Positions 42,684 through 52,749 of a DNA stretch of 64,000 bases are shown here, in pieces. The stretch comes from Naegleria gruberi (Eukaryota): the NCBI GenBank assembly GCA_000004985.1, contig GG738859.1. One strand, written 5' to 3'. The position numbers and the translations under genes are program-made. Positions within the stretch are counted from its first letter, which is position 1, and the number at the start of each line of letters is the position of its first letter. The notes beneath the pieces were generated by a model. It worked only from the letters and a program-made list of their open reading frames with translations. It did no database searches and was not told the origin of the DNA.

Positions 42684-44557
42684 ATAAACCTATTTCCATA
42701 AAAAGGTTGATAAATAGCTAACTTGAATCCATATTTCAAACCACATTCTGTCAACAGTTCTGTATCTAATTGGCTACCGTTTCCATACAAAATTAACCTT
42801 TCCAAATTAACCAAGACTGTTGCAAGTTTGATAAATTCTTCATTTGATACCATACCCAATGCTAATGTTGTTAGATTCTTCAGCCCAATTACTTGTTCAA
42901 ACACATCAGTACAGCTGGTTTGTGAAATGTATAATTCTCTTAGTTTCTTGAATTGTTTCAAGTTTTTGATATAATTTAAATTATTCAAATTGGACATAGT
43001 AAGGGTATTTAACTTTTCCAATTTTTCCAATCCATCAATAGTTTCCACCTTTGTATTCGAAATATATAATTCTTGTAAGTTTATCAAATCTGAGAGTGAA
43101 CTAATGTTTGCAAAATTGTTATTAGCCAAACGTAAATCCTTCAATTTTGTCAAATGTTTTATCTCATCAATGTTATCTATTAGGTTTGATGACAATGCCA
43201 ATGTCTCTAAATTTTCTAATCTACATAAAAAACGAAATCCCATAGTTCCTATTTGGTTTCGTGATAAGTTTAAAACTCTTAATTGTTTTAATTTGGAGAT
43301 TGAATGGACAACCGTGTCAGTTAGTTTAGAGTCTTGTATGACTAGTTGAGTTAGTTTTGTTAGACTACTTAGTCCTTCCAAGTCAATTAAATTACATGAA
43401 AAACAATTAAGTGAATTCAAATTTTGTGGTAATTTACATTCAATCTCGAAATGTGTAATATTTAAATCTTGCAATTTATCTAAACTATTTAAATATCGAT
43501 AATCCATAGTTGTCAGATTATACAAGCGAATATTTAATTTCTTTAAATTAATTAAACTTGCAAAGAAATCAAAATTACAATTTCTAATATCTAATTCAGT
43601 TAGATTTGTTAGTTGAGATAAACTATTAAAATTAGCCACTTGATACTTGTACAATTGGTTGATATCAAGCTTTTTTAATTGTTTAATTTTGGAAATTAGT
43701 TCAACTTCTTTAAGCTCAGCCATTGTGTCAATCATAATTAATTCTGCTAATTTTGGTAACTTTGCAATGTACTTGATACTACTTTTATCAACAGAAGTCC
43801 AAGATAAATTTAAATGTTCTAACAATTTTAATTTCAAAATATCCTCCTTAATTTCATCAATATTTTTACAAGTTTCCAAATTTAAATGGACCAAGCTACT
43901 GAGATTATTACATATTAATTTGAGTTCTTCATTCCCTATTAGAGAATTAGCCAATTTCAACCTCTTAATATTTTTAAATTTGAATATAACTTTTAAATGT
44001 CCAATTTCAAATTTAGATTGAAAAGTTGGAACATTAATTTGTTTACTTATTAAATTAATATATTTAGTAGCAATTAATTTCCATTTCTTTGATAAGGCCA
44101 TTAACTTGAAAATAAGCTCCTGATTCAAATGTATCAATATATGATGAATAATAATATCAGTTGATAATTTTTCAATTCTAATTCTTGGTAACTTGTACGA
44201 TTGTTGTTTAATAAGATTAACCAAGTTTAAATTGGTAGGTGATTTCTTATCACTGGTCGATTTTTTAGTTCGGATGCCACTTCTGCTAGGAGAGGAAGTA
44301 GTACTCTTGCTTTTGGTGGTAGACAATAAACTCGATGAGGATTTGTTCAATAATTTAGACTTTGATGTTGTTGTAGTGGTTAGAGTAGTTTTTGTTATTG
44401 TTGTAGAGGTTGTACTTCCAATTGAGGAGGACCTGGCCCTCAAAGGAGTAGTGGCACGAGATGTCCCACCACCAGTAGTATCAGTTTTCTTGCTTGTAGA
44501 TGGGGTCCTATTCCGAGTGGTGATATTAGTACTTCTTGATGGTGAGGAGCTAAACAT
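42680..44557 (-). CDS. F-box/LRR-repeat protein (FBXL type) with Ser/Thr-rich N-terminal region
   Basis: F-box (LSTDIIIHHILIHLNQELIFKLMALSKKWKLIA) followed by >15 leucine-rich repeats (LxxLxLxxN/C pattern). Its stop codon overlaps the VPS16 stop. Confidence 0.6.
   Translation of the reverse strand: MFSSSPSRSTNITTRNRTPSTSKKTDTTGGGTSRATTPLRARSSSIGSTTSTTITKTTLTTTTTSKSKLLNKSSSSLLSTTKSKSTTSSPSRSGIRTKKSTSDKKSPTNLNLVNLIKQQSYKLPRIRIEKLSTDIIIHHILIHLNQELIFKLMALSKKWKLIATKYINLISKQINVPTFQSKFEIGHLKVIFKFKNIKRLKLANSLIGNEELKLICNNLSSLVHLNLETCKNIDEIKEDILKLKLLEHLNLSWTSVDKSSIKYIAKLPKLAELIMIDTMAELKEVELISKIKQLKKLDINQLYKYQVANFNSLSQLTNLTELDIRNCNFDFFASLINLKKLNIRLYNLTTMDYRYLNSLDKLQDLNITHFEIECKLPQNLNSLNCFSCNLIDLEGLSSLTKLTQLVIQDSKLTDTVVHSISKLKQLRVLNLSRNQIGTMGFRFLCRLENLETLALSSNLIDNIDEIKHLTKLKDLRLANNNFANISSLSDLINLQELYISNTKVETIDGLEKLEKLNTLTMSNLNNLNYIKNLKQFKKLRELYISQTSCTDVFEQVIGLKNLTTLALGMVSNEEFIKLATVLVNLERLILYGNGSQLDTELLTECGLKYGFKLAIYQPFYGNRFI
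42683..42688 (+). promoter_or_regulatory. AATAAA polyadenylation signal overlapping the VPS16 stop codon (TAAATAAA)
   Basis: Hexamer directly visible; it lies inside the 3' end of the convergent F-box/LRR CDS. Confidence 0.3.
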
Positions 44558-44819
44558 GATTAATCATTTTTTTGAACTTTTACTTCCCGCCACTACTTTT
44601 AATTACAATCTTACATTTTAAATGATAATTGAATATTCTATACAATCCATAGCATGTATTCAATTCATAAAAACATCATATATTCTAATAGCATTAATTA
44701 ATAATCTAAAATATAATTTATGCATAAAAATTCAAACTTGGAAAAATTTTGTGCATTAAATGTTGTAAAAATTGCAAAAAAAATATTCGTAGTAGTGGAG
44801 GCCTTTTTTCATTTTAGCG

Positions 44820-46346
44820 ATGTACAAGAAAATCATCAGCGCTTCAACGAAGACCCTTTCTTCTTCGGTTACAGCCCAACAATCATCATTAAATACCAAC
44901 ACATCATCTTTGGTTATTTCAACAACATTAACACAAAAGAGATATAAAAAGTCTTCAAAGGACCAAAAATCAAAGGATGCCAAGTGGATGAGACAAGCTG
45001 GTGTCTTTAGGTACAAGAAACCAAAGTATCAATTACAAAAGATGAACATTGATAACTTCCCTGTATACAACACTTCTTTCGCTGCTACCGACGAATTGAG
45101 AGAAACATATCAATGGTTAGGAACACTCTACAATGATGAAAAACTCATAAAAGAAGGTATTACCGAATTAAAACCATTGTCAGAAAATTCCTTTGCCAAG
45201 TTTGCAAAGAGCCATACTTTCGAAGAAGTAGCAAATATGACTGCTGGTGATATTGAAAAACAACTTGACAATCCTTCTTGGGACGCTTTTGAATTCCACC
45301 TTTCCCTTGATGCTGATCAACAAGATGATTTGGCTTTCAATTTGTCCAATACATTATTACCATCATTAATCGCTACACCAAGAGAAACATTGCTTCCTCA
45401 TGTCTCTGATATGGAACCAGATTTTACAAATGACTTTTCTAAATTACCTAAAAACCCAGCCGATAGAAAAGTTGTTGAAGGACGACTTGTAACAAATGAA
45501 TACTTGAAGCAAATTCACGAACGTTTCGGACAAGAAGGTGATTCTCCAGAGGATACTTTCTCCACTTTGTGTTTATATGAAGAAGCACTTTCATATGAAC
45601 AATCAGAATATAATCACGAAAAGGAATTGGCTGAAAAGGTCAGAGAACAAGATTTTGTTCTTAAACATGTTTCCAAGGCTGATTTGGGTAGAATGTTTGA
45701 ACTTCACAAGAAGGATCCTGCCTATTGGACTGGTGAAAAGTTGGCACTTGAATTCGGAATAACTCGTGAACAAGCTTGGTCTTCTTTGATTTTACAAGAA
45801 TGGCAAGAAGCTGAAGAAACTGGCAAACCATTCAGATATGATAAGGCTAAGATTGTTTTCAATGACGAAATCAGAAAGGCTACTAAGAGAGAAAAGGAAG
45901 AATCCATGCCAAATGAAGTTACTAAGATTTTGACTAAACAAATTACTGAAGAAGAAGCATATAGACGATTTTTGGAAGAATCATCGAAACCAATTGAAAC
46001 TGCCTCAGATGATAATTTACCAGATTATATCAAATATCCATTCCAAGAACCTGTTGTTGGTGAACAAGAACAAAAACAAGTCAAGATTATTGATAAGGAA
46101 GTTGAAAATAATACTGGATTCGGTTCTGATGTTGCAAGATACAAGTTATATGTTGCTGAAATGAAGAAGAAGTTTGAAAATGAAAGTGATAGAAGATTCA
46201 TGGTTTCTGAAGAAGATGGTTCATTAAGAACAATGTCACAATCTGAACTTGCTTTCATGCATCGTCATGGTACATTCCCTAAGACTAGAGAAGGTCTTGG
46301 TGGTAAGGAAAAGAGAAAGAACGAAAGAAGAAAGAGAAGATTCTAA
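44820..46346 (+). CDS. Basic protein with presequence-like N-terminus (possible mitochondrial protein), unknown function
   Basis: Hydroxylated/basic N-terminal 60 aa without acidic residues, Lys/Arg-rich C-terminus (KEKRKNERRKRRF). No family recognised. Confidence 0.3.
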   Translation: MYKKIISASTKTLSSSVTAQQSSLNTNTSSLVISTTLTQKRYKKSSKDQKSKDAKWMRQAGVFRYKKPKYQLQKMNIDNFPVYNTSFAATDELRETYQWLGTLYNDEKLIKEGITELKPLSENSFAKFAKSHTFEEVANMTAGDIEKQLDNPSWDAFEFHLSLDADQQDDLAFNLSNTLLPSLIATPRETLLPHVSDMEPDFTNDFSKLPKNPADRKVVEGRLVTNEYLKQIHERFGQEGDSPEDTFSTLCLYEEALSYEQSEYNHEKELAEKVREQDFVLKHVSKADLGRMFELHKKDPAYWTGEKLALEFGITREQAWSSLILQEWQEAEETGKPFRYDKAKIVFNDEIRKATKREKEESMPNEVTKILTKQITEEEAYRRFLEESSKPIETASDDNLPDYIKYPFQEPVVGEQEQKQVKIIDKEVENNTGFGSDVARYKLYVAEMKKKFENESDRRFMVSEEDGSLRTMSQSELAFMHRHGTFPKTREGLGGKEKRKNERRKRRF

Positions 46347-46623
46347 GTTTATTAACAAAGATATATTATAGTTATAAAAAAAATATTTGCTTTTTGAAAT
46401 GTTTACCTTTACTTGAAAATTGTTACTGCACAATAGAGAACTCATTATTAAGATTCAAGATGAGAAAATTTATAATTCAATTTAATGCTTCCGAGGTTTG
46501 TTGATTGACTGAATCAGTAAACTGTAAAATTCAATTATGAACGCGAAACAATAGAAAGTCCACACGATGCAATTGCTACCGAAAGAACAATAGGCTTGGA
46601 AATTACAAAAAAAAGCTAAAAAT

Positions 46624-49068
46624 ATGCTATCGGGATCCAGCAAGGATGAAGATGTTGTGATGAAGGAAGCCACTAGTTCTTCTTCCGTGATTCATAAACT
46701 CTTGGTTGGAGAGGATCAAATCAAACACTTGTTGTCTATTGGATTATTTGGTAATAGAAGTCTATTCAAAATGATGGTTCATGCGTAAGTTTTAAAGCCT
46801 TCTTTGCATAGGCTTCAACAACATCATCATACAATGATCAAAAGTTATTTTCATCAATCAATGAATGGATGTCTTTTACATGATTGTACAAACTCTTACT
46901 GTAAACGAAATACTCCTCTTAATGATACGGAGGCAGCCAAACTTTCTGTTGAATATGCAAAGAAAGCCTTCGACAAGACAAATCCACAATTCTTTTTATG
47001 TAATACTATTAATCCTGTTCTTCCTCACTTTTCTCCAACACTCGGTATGTTTTTATTAAAGGCTTTCATCATCTAATATTGAAAGATTTATGTGTTCAGG
47101 AGGAATGCATTAGAATGATAATGGATGATGCTATTAAAACTAGTGACTATTCAATACTTTTGGAAATCATCAAGAGAGTATTTTGTAATGATGCTTCACT
47201 TTCTTATAGTTTTCAAACTCGTGATTCGTTCACTAAACAAGCAAATTATACTCTAGATAATGATTCAGTACAACGTGTTTACAAACTTATTATGAACTCT
47301 GTAAGTATTACTACTTTCTTTTTATTAATTATAGAAATTAGAGAAATGATGTGGTTATTAATTGTCTTGCTTCTTCGATCGATGAACTCGGAAAGAGATT
47401 TTATAATCATATTGAAAGAGTATCAAATGTAAATTTCATAATTACACTCCTTCAGTGTCCTCTAATGATGGAACCATCATCTCACAAATCACTTTCTCAT
47501 CTAATGCAAGGTATTCTCAAACTTCCAGCAAATTTACTTAAAAGATTGAAGGAGCTATTGGCACTAACACCTAAAGAAATATTGTCAGGATTTATCAACA
47601 TTTTCCAACAATTTATCACAGTTCAATTATATTCGAGAGGGTACATTGATGAAGAAATTTCCTATGCCACTAAAGTTTTGGGAATTATCAGTAAGTATGA
47701 AGATCAATATATTCTAACACGATCAATTTATCAGATACTTCAAATGAATTAAAGCCATTCAATCAAAAGGTTGACTATAGGGAATTTTATAATGATGCTG
47801 TTAATAATATTGTGGATATCAAGGAGGATTATGTTCGTTGGATTAAAGCTCTCAAGACACAGGATAAGGGATTTGATTGTTTTAACTTTTGTGAATATCC
47901 ATATGTTATTGACCCTAATTTTAAGAGTAAGATTTTACAATTGGATGCTGAAATTCAACAAAACAAGGAGCTCCGTAATGCCTTTATTTCTTCACTATTC
48001 AGACAACCAACATCTTTGTTTTGTATCCTTAAAGTTGATAGACATAATTTACTTCAAACAGCTCTCAATGAAATTATGAATAGAGCTGATGATTTGAAGA
48101 AACAATTGCGTGTCAAATTCATTGGAGAGGAAGGTATCGATGAGGGTGGTGTCAGAAAGGAATTTTTCCAACTTGTTCTCAAAGAAATTTTCGATGTCAA
48201 TTACGGCATGTTTGTCTATGATGAACAGCAAAGAACATTTTGGTTTAATATGAATTCCTTTGAGACCGAAGATAATTTCAAGCTTATTGGTATTGTTATC
48301 GGTTTGGCAATCTACAATAGTATTATTTTGGACATTCACTTCCCTCGAATTGTCTATAAGAAAATGCTGGGATTGAAACCTAACCTTGAAGATCTCAAAG
48401 AGACATTCCCAGATTTGGGCAGAGGTATGCAACAATTGCTAGAATTTGATGGTGATGTTGAGGATGTATTTTGCCGAACATTCCAACTTGAAACTGATGT
48501 CTTTGGTCAAATTGTTACTCATGACTTGAAGCCAAATGGTGGTGATATTCCAGTAACAAATCAAAACAGAGAAGAATATGTCCAATTGTTTATTGAATGG
48601 AAACTTGAAAAATCAATTCGAACACAATTTAATTCATTCATTGAAGGATTCAAGATGGTCTGCAGTGATCAAACAATTTTGGATTTGTTCAGAGCTGAAG
48701 AACTTGAATTGTTAATTTGTGGTAGCCCAGTTTTGGACTTTGAAGCTTTGGAACGTACTACCAAGTATGCAGATGGTTATGATAAAGATCATCCACTTAT
48801 TAAGGATTTCTGGGATATTGTCCACCACTTTAGTGAAGAAGACAAGAAGAAATTCCTCATGTTTTGTACAGGAAGTGACAGAGTGCCAATTAAAGGATTG
48901 GGTGAATTAGGTTTTGTTATTGTAAAGAATGGTGATGATGATAGAAGATTACCAACAGCTCACACTTGTTTCAACCACTTGCTGCTACCAAAGTATTCCA
49001 CAAAGGAAAATATGAAAGAAAGATTATTGTCAGCCATCAATAATTGTATGGGCTTTGGATTGCAATAA
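46624..49068 (+). CDS. UBE3A: HECT E3 ubiquitin ligase, UBE3A/E6AP-like with N-terminal AZUL zinc-binding domain; join(46624..46784,46812..47044,47086..47300,47342..47690,47735..49068); exon 1 tentative
   Basis: AZUL block YFHQSMNGCLLHDCTNSYCKRNT...FFLC matches UBE3A [23 protein letters not shown]. Other matches: SILLEIIKRVFCNDASLSYSF (SPLIRVIGRVF); ILKLPANLLKRL...FQQFITV. The complete HECT domain runs FIGEEGIDEGGVRKEFFQL...HTCFNHLLLPKYSTKENMKERLLSAINNCMGFGL. Introns 41, 41 and 44 nt (the last with a CTAAC branch-like motif), plus a doubtful 27-nt first intron. Confidence 0.75.
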
Positions 49069-49072
49069 ACAT
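49067..49072 (+). promoter_or_regulatory. AATAAA polyadenylation signal overlapping the HECT-ligase stop codon (TAAATAAACA..)
   Basis: Hexamer directly visible at the CDS end; convergent PEX10 ends 65 nt downstream. Confidence 0.3.
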
Positions 49073-49136
49073 TATTTATTCTAGCTTATAACGTTCAGAC
49101 ATAAATGAATCAATTTTCTGTTGGCACTTTATTATT

Positions 49137-50474
49137 TCATTCACCCTCTACTTGCTTTACCATTTGGGAATCATAGCAATACAATCTACATAGTGATTGA
49201 AGAGAAATAGATTGTCTGCAAATTGGGCATTTTGGTTCCTTACTATTCGAAACGCATTCAGTAATGCAATCCCAACAATATAAATGTCCACACATAGTAG
49301 CTGTTGTCTTGACTCGTCGTTCCAAACAAAGACAACATTTAAATTCAGTTTCAGTTCTTCCATCAATATATTCCTCAATATACGAAACACCATCAAGAGT
49401 TATTGATTCATTATTGTCACATTTTTTTTCCTCCTTCTTTTTTGAGATATGCTGCACAACGGCAGATTTAATAAATAAGAATGCAGAAATAACCTGTTGT
49501 ATCATTATCAGGAGTGAGAGCAAGAAAAAGTTTGGTCTCTTATAGGAATCTCCATCTGTTTTACCAGTATAAATCTGAAAAATTTGAAAATTAATTATTC
49601 CACTAAAGATAAAGTAACTTACATATCGAATGCCTGCTAACCTTTTAGACACTTGCAAGAATTTTCCATTGATATAGAACGAGACTAAATTGAATCTTAA
49701 AATAAATTGGACAAACTCTTTCAACATGCTAATGTAATATCTCATATTTTCAGAGATACCATTAGGACTAAAATAATGGCTCAACCAATGACTTGTACCT
49801 CTATCGAACAAATAAGGAACAATTAATTCATATAATACAAATAATAATCTCGTAGAGGATGTTGATTTGACTATATATAAAGTTTTTGGAGAGAATTTGT
49901 TAGAATTTGTTGAATTAACCTGTTGTGGTGGTTTGGTTTTTTCTTTGAGTTGCACCTGAAGTAAATCACAATATTCCTCTCCCAATGTTGATTGTCCTGT
50001 ACAAGTAGTGGTTCCATAATAAATTAAATTACAAACGAGTTGAATTTCTCTTTCAAATCTAATGGTAAAACGTTGTCCAAAAAACCAATTACACAACTCT
50101 TTTAAATTATTGAACATTACATGATTACTGTAAAATTCATCCTTCTGTAAAGATCTCACAATATCAGGCTGTCCCGAAAATGGAAATCCAAAAGTTAATA
50201 TTCTCGTTGGATAATTAAATGTATTTTGATTTCTAGATGCTGTTGATTCATTATTCCGATTATTACTACTATTTGTATTAGATGATCTATTCTTTGACTT
50301 TCTCTCTGCACTTGTTCCATTACTCCTCTCCGAAGAAGAAGATCCAGCACTATTTATCGATGATTGTGCCAATCCTCCTTCATTATTCCGATTATTTGAT
50401 GTTGCTCCACCACTCAAGTTATTTCTTTGATTCGATGAAGAGGATGATGGCACTGATTGTATTGTTTGTTGCAT
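49137..50474 (-). CDS. PEX10: Peroxisome biogenesis factor 10 (RING peroxin) with S/N-rich N-terminal extension; probable in-frame 48-nt intron 49575..49622, i.e. complement(join(49137..49574,49623..50474))
   Basis: PDIVRSLQKDEFY and LVCNLIYYGTTTCTGQSTLGEEYCDLLQV match PEX10 PEVIRAAQKDEYY / [29 protein letters not shown]. C-terminal C3HC4 RING is CCLCLERRVKTTATMCGHLYCWDCITECVSNSKEPKCPICRQ. Confidence 0.8.
   Translation of the reverse strand: MQQTIQSVPSSSSSNQRNNLSGGATSNNRNNEGGLAQSSINSAGSSSSERSNGTSAERKSKNRSSNTNSSNNRNNESTASRNQNTFNYPTRILTFGFPFSGQPDIVRSLQKDEFYSNHVMFNNLKELCNWFFGQRFTIRFEREIQLVCNLIYYGTTTCTGQSTLGEEYCDLLQVQLKEKTKPPQQVNSTNSNKFSPKTLYIVKSTSSTRLLFVLYELIVPYLFDRGTSHWLSHYFSPNGISENMRYYISMLKEFVQFILRFNLVSFYINGKFLQVSKRLAGIRYVSYFIFSGIINFQIFQIYTGKTDGDSYKRPNFFLLSLLIMIQQVISAFLFIKSAVVQHISKKKEEKKCDNNESITLDGVSYIEEYIDGRTETEFKCCLCLERRVKTTATMCGHLYCWDCITECVSNSKEPKCPICRQSISLQSLCRLYCYDSQMVKQVEGE
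49575..49622 (-). other. Probable in-frame spliceosomal intron (48 nt, GTAAGTTACTTT...AATTTTTCAG) read through by the six-frame ORF
   Basis: Perfect GTAAGT donor and TTTTCAG acceptor. Removal gives SKRLAGIRY|IYTGKT, aligning with human AKRLTGITYLRVRS without a 16-aa insertion. Confidence 0.5.
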
Positions 50475-50643
50475 TTTTTTCTAATTAATTAGCAAAGACC
50501 TTTGCATTAAATAGAAGCAACAATCAATGATATTAGAGAATTAATGATAAAATCAATAATGCAACAATGAAGAATAAGATTTTGATCATTACTTTAATAT
50601 ATTTTGAAAAGAAGAATAAATTTCAAGAAGACAATTTAGAAAA

Positions 50644-51411
50644 ATGAGTGGACGAGGAGTTGCCTTTGAGGATGAGGATCGTGGTGTTGGTATTGGTACA
50701 AATTCTCTGTTGGATAATTATTCTTCTTCATCGATGGGAGTCGGAAATGATGATAATCAATTGATGAATGAACAACAACAACAACAACAGGAAAATAATT
50801 ATTCAAATGTTGGCAATAACGCGAAAAGTTTTCTAGGCTCTGATGAAGATGATGATGACGGATTTTATGATAGTTTATTCTATGAAGATATTGAATCAAG
50901 ATTGTGGGAGAATGATTCGTCCTATCTGATTGCTGTCTCTCCCAAGATTTTCGAGAATAGTCGAATAAGAATGAAAGTCATCTTGGGATATAGAGTACAA
51001 TCTGTGGTTCATGCTCTTCCGAGTCCAAACTCTATGGATGGCAGTGCAGTGGCTGGTCATTTGCTTCCCTATGATAGATATAATAGAAGGAGACTCTATC
51101 AATCCTACTATAATAGAGATAGAATTGAGAGGATGAGTCCAGAGGAATTTAATCAACTTCCCGAATATCAACAAAGAAGGATACTCAAGGAGAGATTTCT
51201 CAATAAGAGAATGGAACAGAGAAGAGGATTGAAGGATTCACTTAGTGAGAATATGTATGGTCCATCATCATCGTCGAATGGTAATTATTCAAATTCATCC
51301 CTGGGTAATTTCATGTATTGGGCTACTAGGAATTTGGATCAATTGGGATGGAAAAGTTTATTGGGTGTTGTTGCCTTTGTATTTGGATTGTATAGGACTG
51401 TTTCACCTTGA
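50644..51411 (+). CDS. Tail-anchored membrane protein, unknown (acidic/Q-rich N-terminus, Arg-rich region, C-terminal TM LLGVVAFVFGLY)
   Basis: ATG ORF with native-like codon usage and a single C-terminal hydrophobic helix. No family recognised. Confidence 0.3.
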   Translation: MSGRGVAFEDEDRGVGIGTNSLLDNYSSSSMGVGNDDNQLMNEQQQQQQENNYSNVGNNAKSFLGSDEDDDDGFYDSLFYEDIESRLWENDSSYLIAVSPKIFENSRIRMKVILGYRVQSVVHALPSPNSMDGSAVAGHLLPYDRYNRRRLYQSYYNRDRIERMSPEEFNQLPEYQQRRILKERFLNKRMEQRRGLKDSLSENMYGPSSSSNGNYSNSSLGNFMYWATRNLDQLGWKSLLGVVAFVFGLYRTVSP

Positions 51412-51523
51412 TGCAGATCACATTTTGGAAATTCTCAAAATCATCTCAATAGAAATATAACTGAGAGTGATTAATTGGATTTAAGCAATCTGAGATACAA
51501 TCAAATCAGATTGTGAATTACTT

Positions 51524-52630
51524 TTATTCGTCAAGTAATTCAATAGTACTGCCACCATCACAAAGGCAGAATGCAGGACATAGTATAGGAGCATGTGGAA
51601 TATCCTTAAAAGCAATACCATAATTAGTTCCATTTACAATGAATGAAATATTTCCATCTTTTAATTCACATTCAATAATGGACCCATCAATAATACGTGA
51701 ATTTACATATACATCTCTACCATCACGTCTTTGAGAATATAAATTACCATTAGCACAATATAAATAATAGCCACATTTCGAGAAACTATGGTCTAAATCT
51801 AAAGATTTAGGAGCAAAACCTATCATTGCATCCTGACACGAACATATAAGCTTAACTTTGAATGAATTTGTTGGTGTTTGCATTGCTAAAACACATGAAT
51901 CAAAATTACAGCTTTTTCCAAGTTTTCTAGCTATTGTTGGAGAATCTAATTGAATTTTAGATGAACAGTATTCCTTATCAAATTGCACATAATCCAAATA
52001 ATCAATTCCATCATATTTTGATTTTAATAATTTAATTCCCCTTCTTGGCAATATATCAAATATAGGTGTAATTTGATAAAATACAACTTCTTCAATAAAA
52101 TTATCCAAATCATTATTACTTAGATTTTCAATCTTTTGTTTGATGTCAATTCCTCTCAAATAGTTCAATACTAATTGAAAATGCTCACTCGGTCTATCAA
52201 TAAAATAAGCAATATCATATAGAGAATTGTTATTAGAAAGTGGAACAATAATTGGATCGAAATGATTATTAAAATAACCAGTAAAAAAGGTGTCATTCAC
52301 ACTTTTCAATGTTGCTAAACTGGTTGTAAATATTTTCCCACCAATATTTAAATTAACAACTTGTTGATCATTATCAAGACTTGGACGTCCAGATAATTCA
52401 CTAAATAACTGCCTAATCCTTCTTTCCTCCTCTTTTAATAATTCTTCTTGTTTGATTAGTTTGGCTTCTCTTTCGGAGAGTTGTTGCTCTTTTACTTCCA
52501 ATAATTGTTGTAATTGTGAAAGACTTTCCAATTGTTGTTGATCGATCAATAGTGGTGGAGTATTGTTGGCATTCTCTTCTTCTACTTTTTCAGAATTGGA
52601 AGGCCATAGAAAGTTCAATAATCTAAACAT
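51524..52630 (-). CDS. Coiled-coil / T1-type (KCTD-like) BTB / SPRY-like domain protein
   Basis: N-terminal coiled coil, then a T1/KCTD-type BTB (VNLNIGGKIFTTSLATLKSVNDTFFTGYF...HFQLVLNYLR). The C-terminal beta-rich domain has a SPRY-like signature (GYYLYCANGNLYS...ISFIVNGTNYGIAFKDIP...LCPAFCLCDGGSTIEL). Confidence 0.45.
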   Translation of the reverse strand: MFRLLNFLWPSNSEKVEEENANNTPPLLIDQQQLESLSQLQQLLEVKEQQLSEREAKLIKQEELLKEEERRIRQLFSELSGRPSLDNDQQVVNLNIGGKIFTTSLATLKSVNDTFFTGYFNNHFDPIIVPLSNNNSLYDIAYFIDRPSEHFQLVLNYLRGIDIKQKIENLSNNDLDNFIEEVVFYQITPIFDILPRRGIKLLKSKYDGIDYLDYVQFDKEYCSSKIQLDSPTIARKLGKSCNFDSCVLAMQTPTNSFKVKLICSCQDAMIGFAPKSLDLDHSFSKCGYYLYCANGNLYSQRRDGRDVYVNSRIIDGSIIECELKDGNISFIVNGTNYGIAFKDIPHAPILCPAFCLCDGGSTIELLDE

Positions 52631-52749
52631 TTTTTTTTTAATATTATTTAACTTATTGTAATGAATATATTAATATTGCTATTATCAATTTTGTATTATA
52701 TTTTTACAATGGAAATTATTAAACCTATCATCCTTAACAATCAAAAAAA

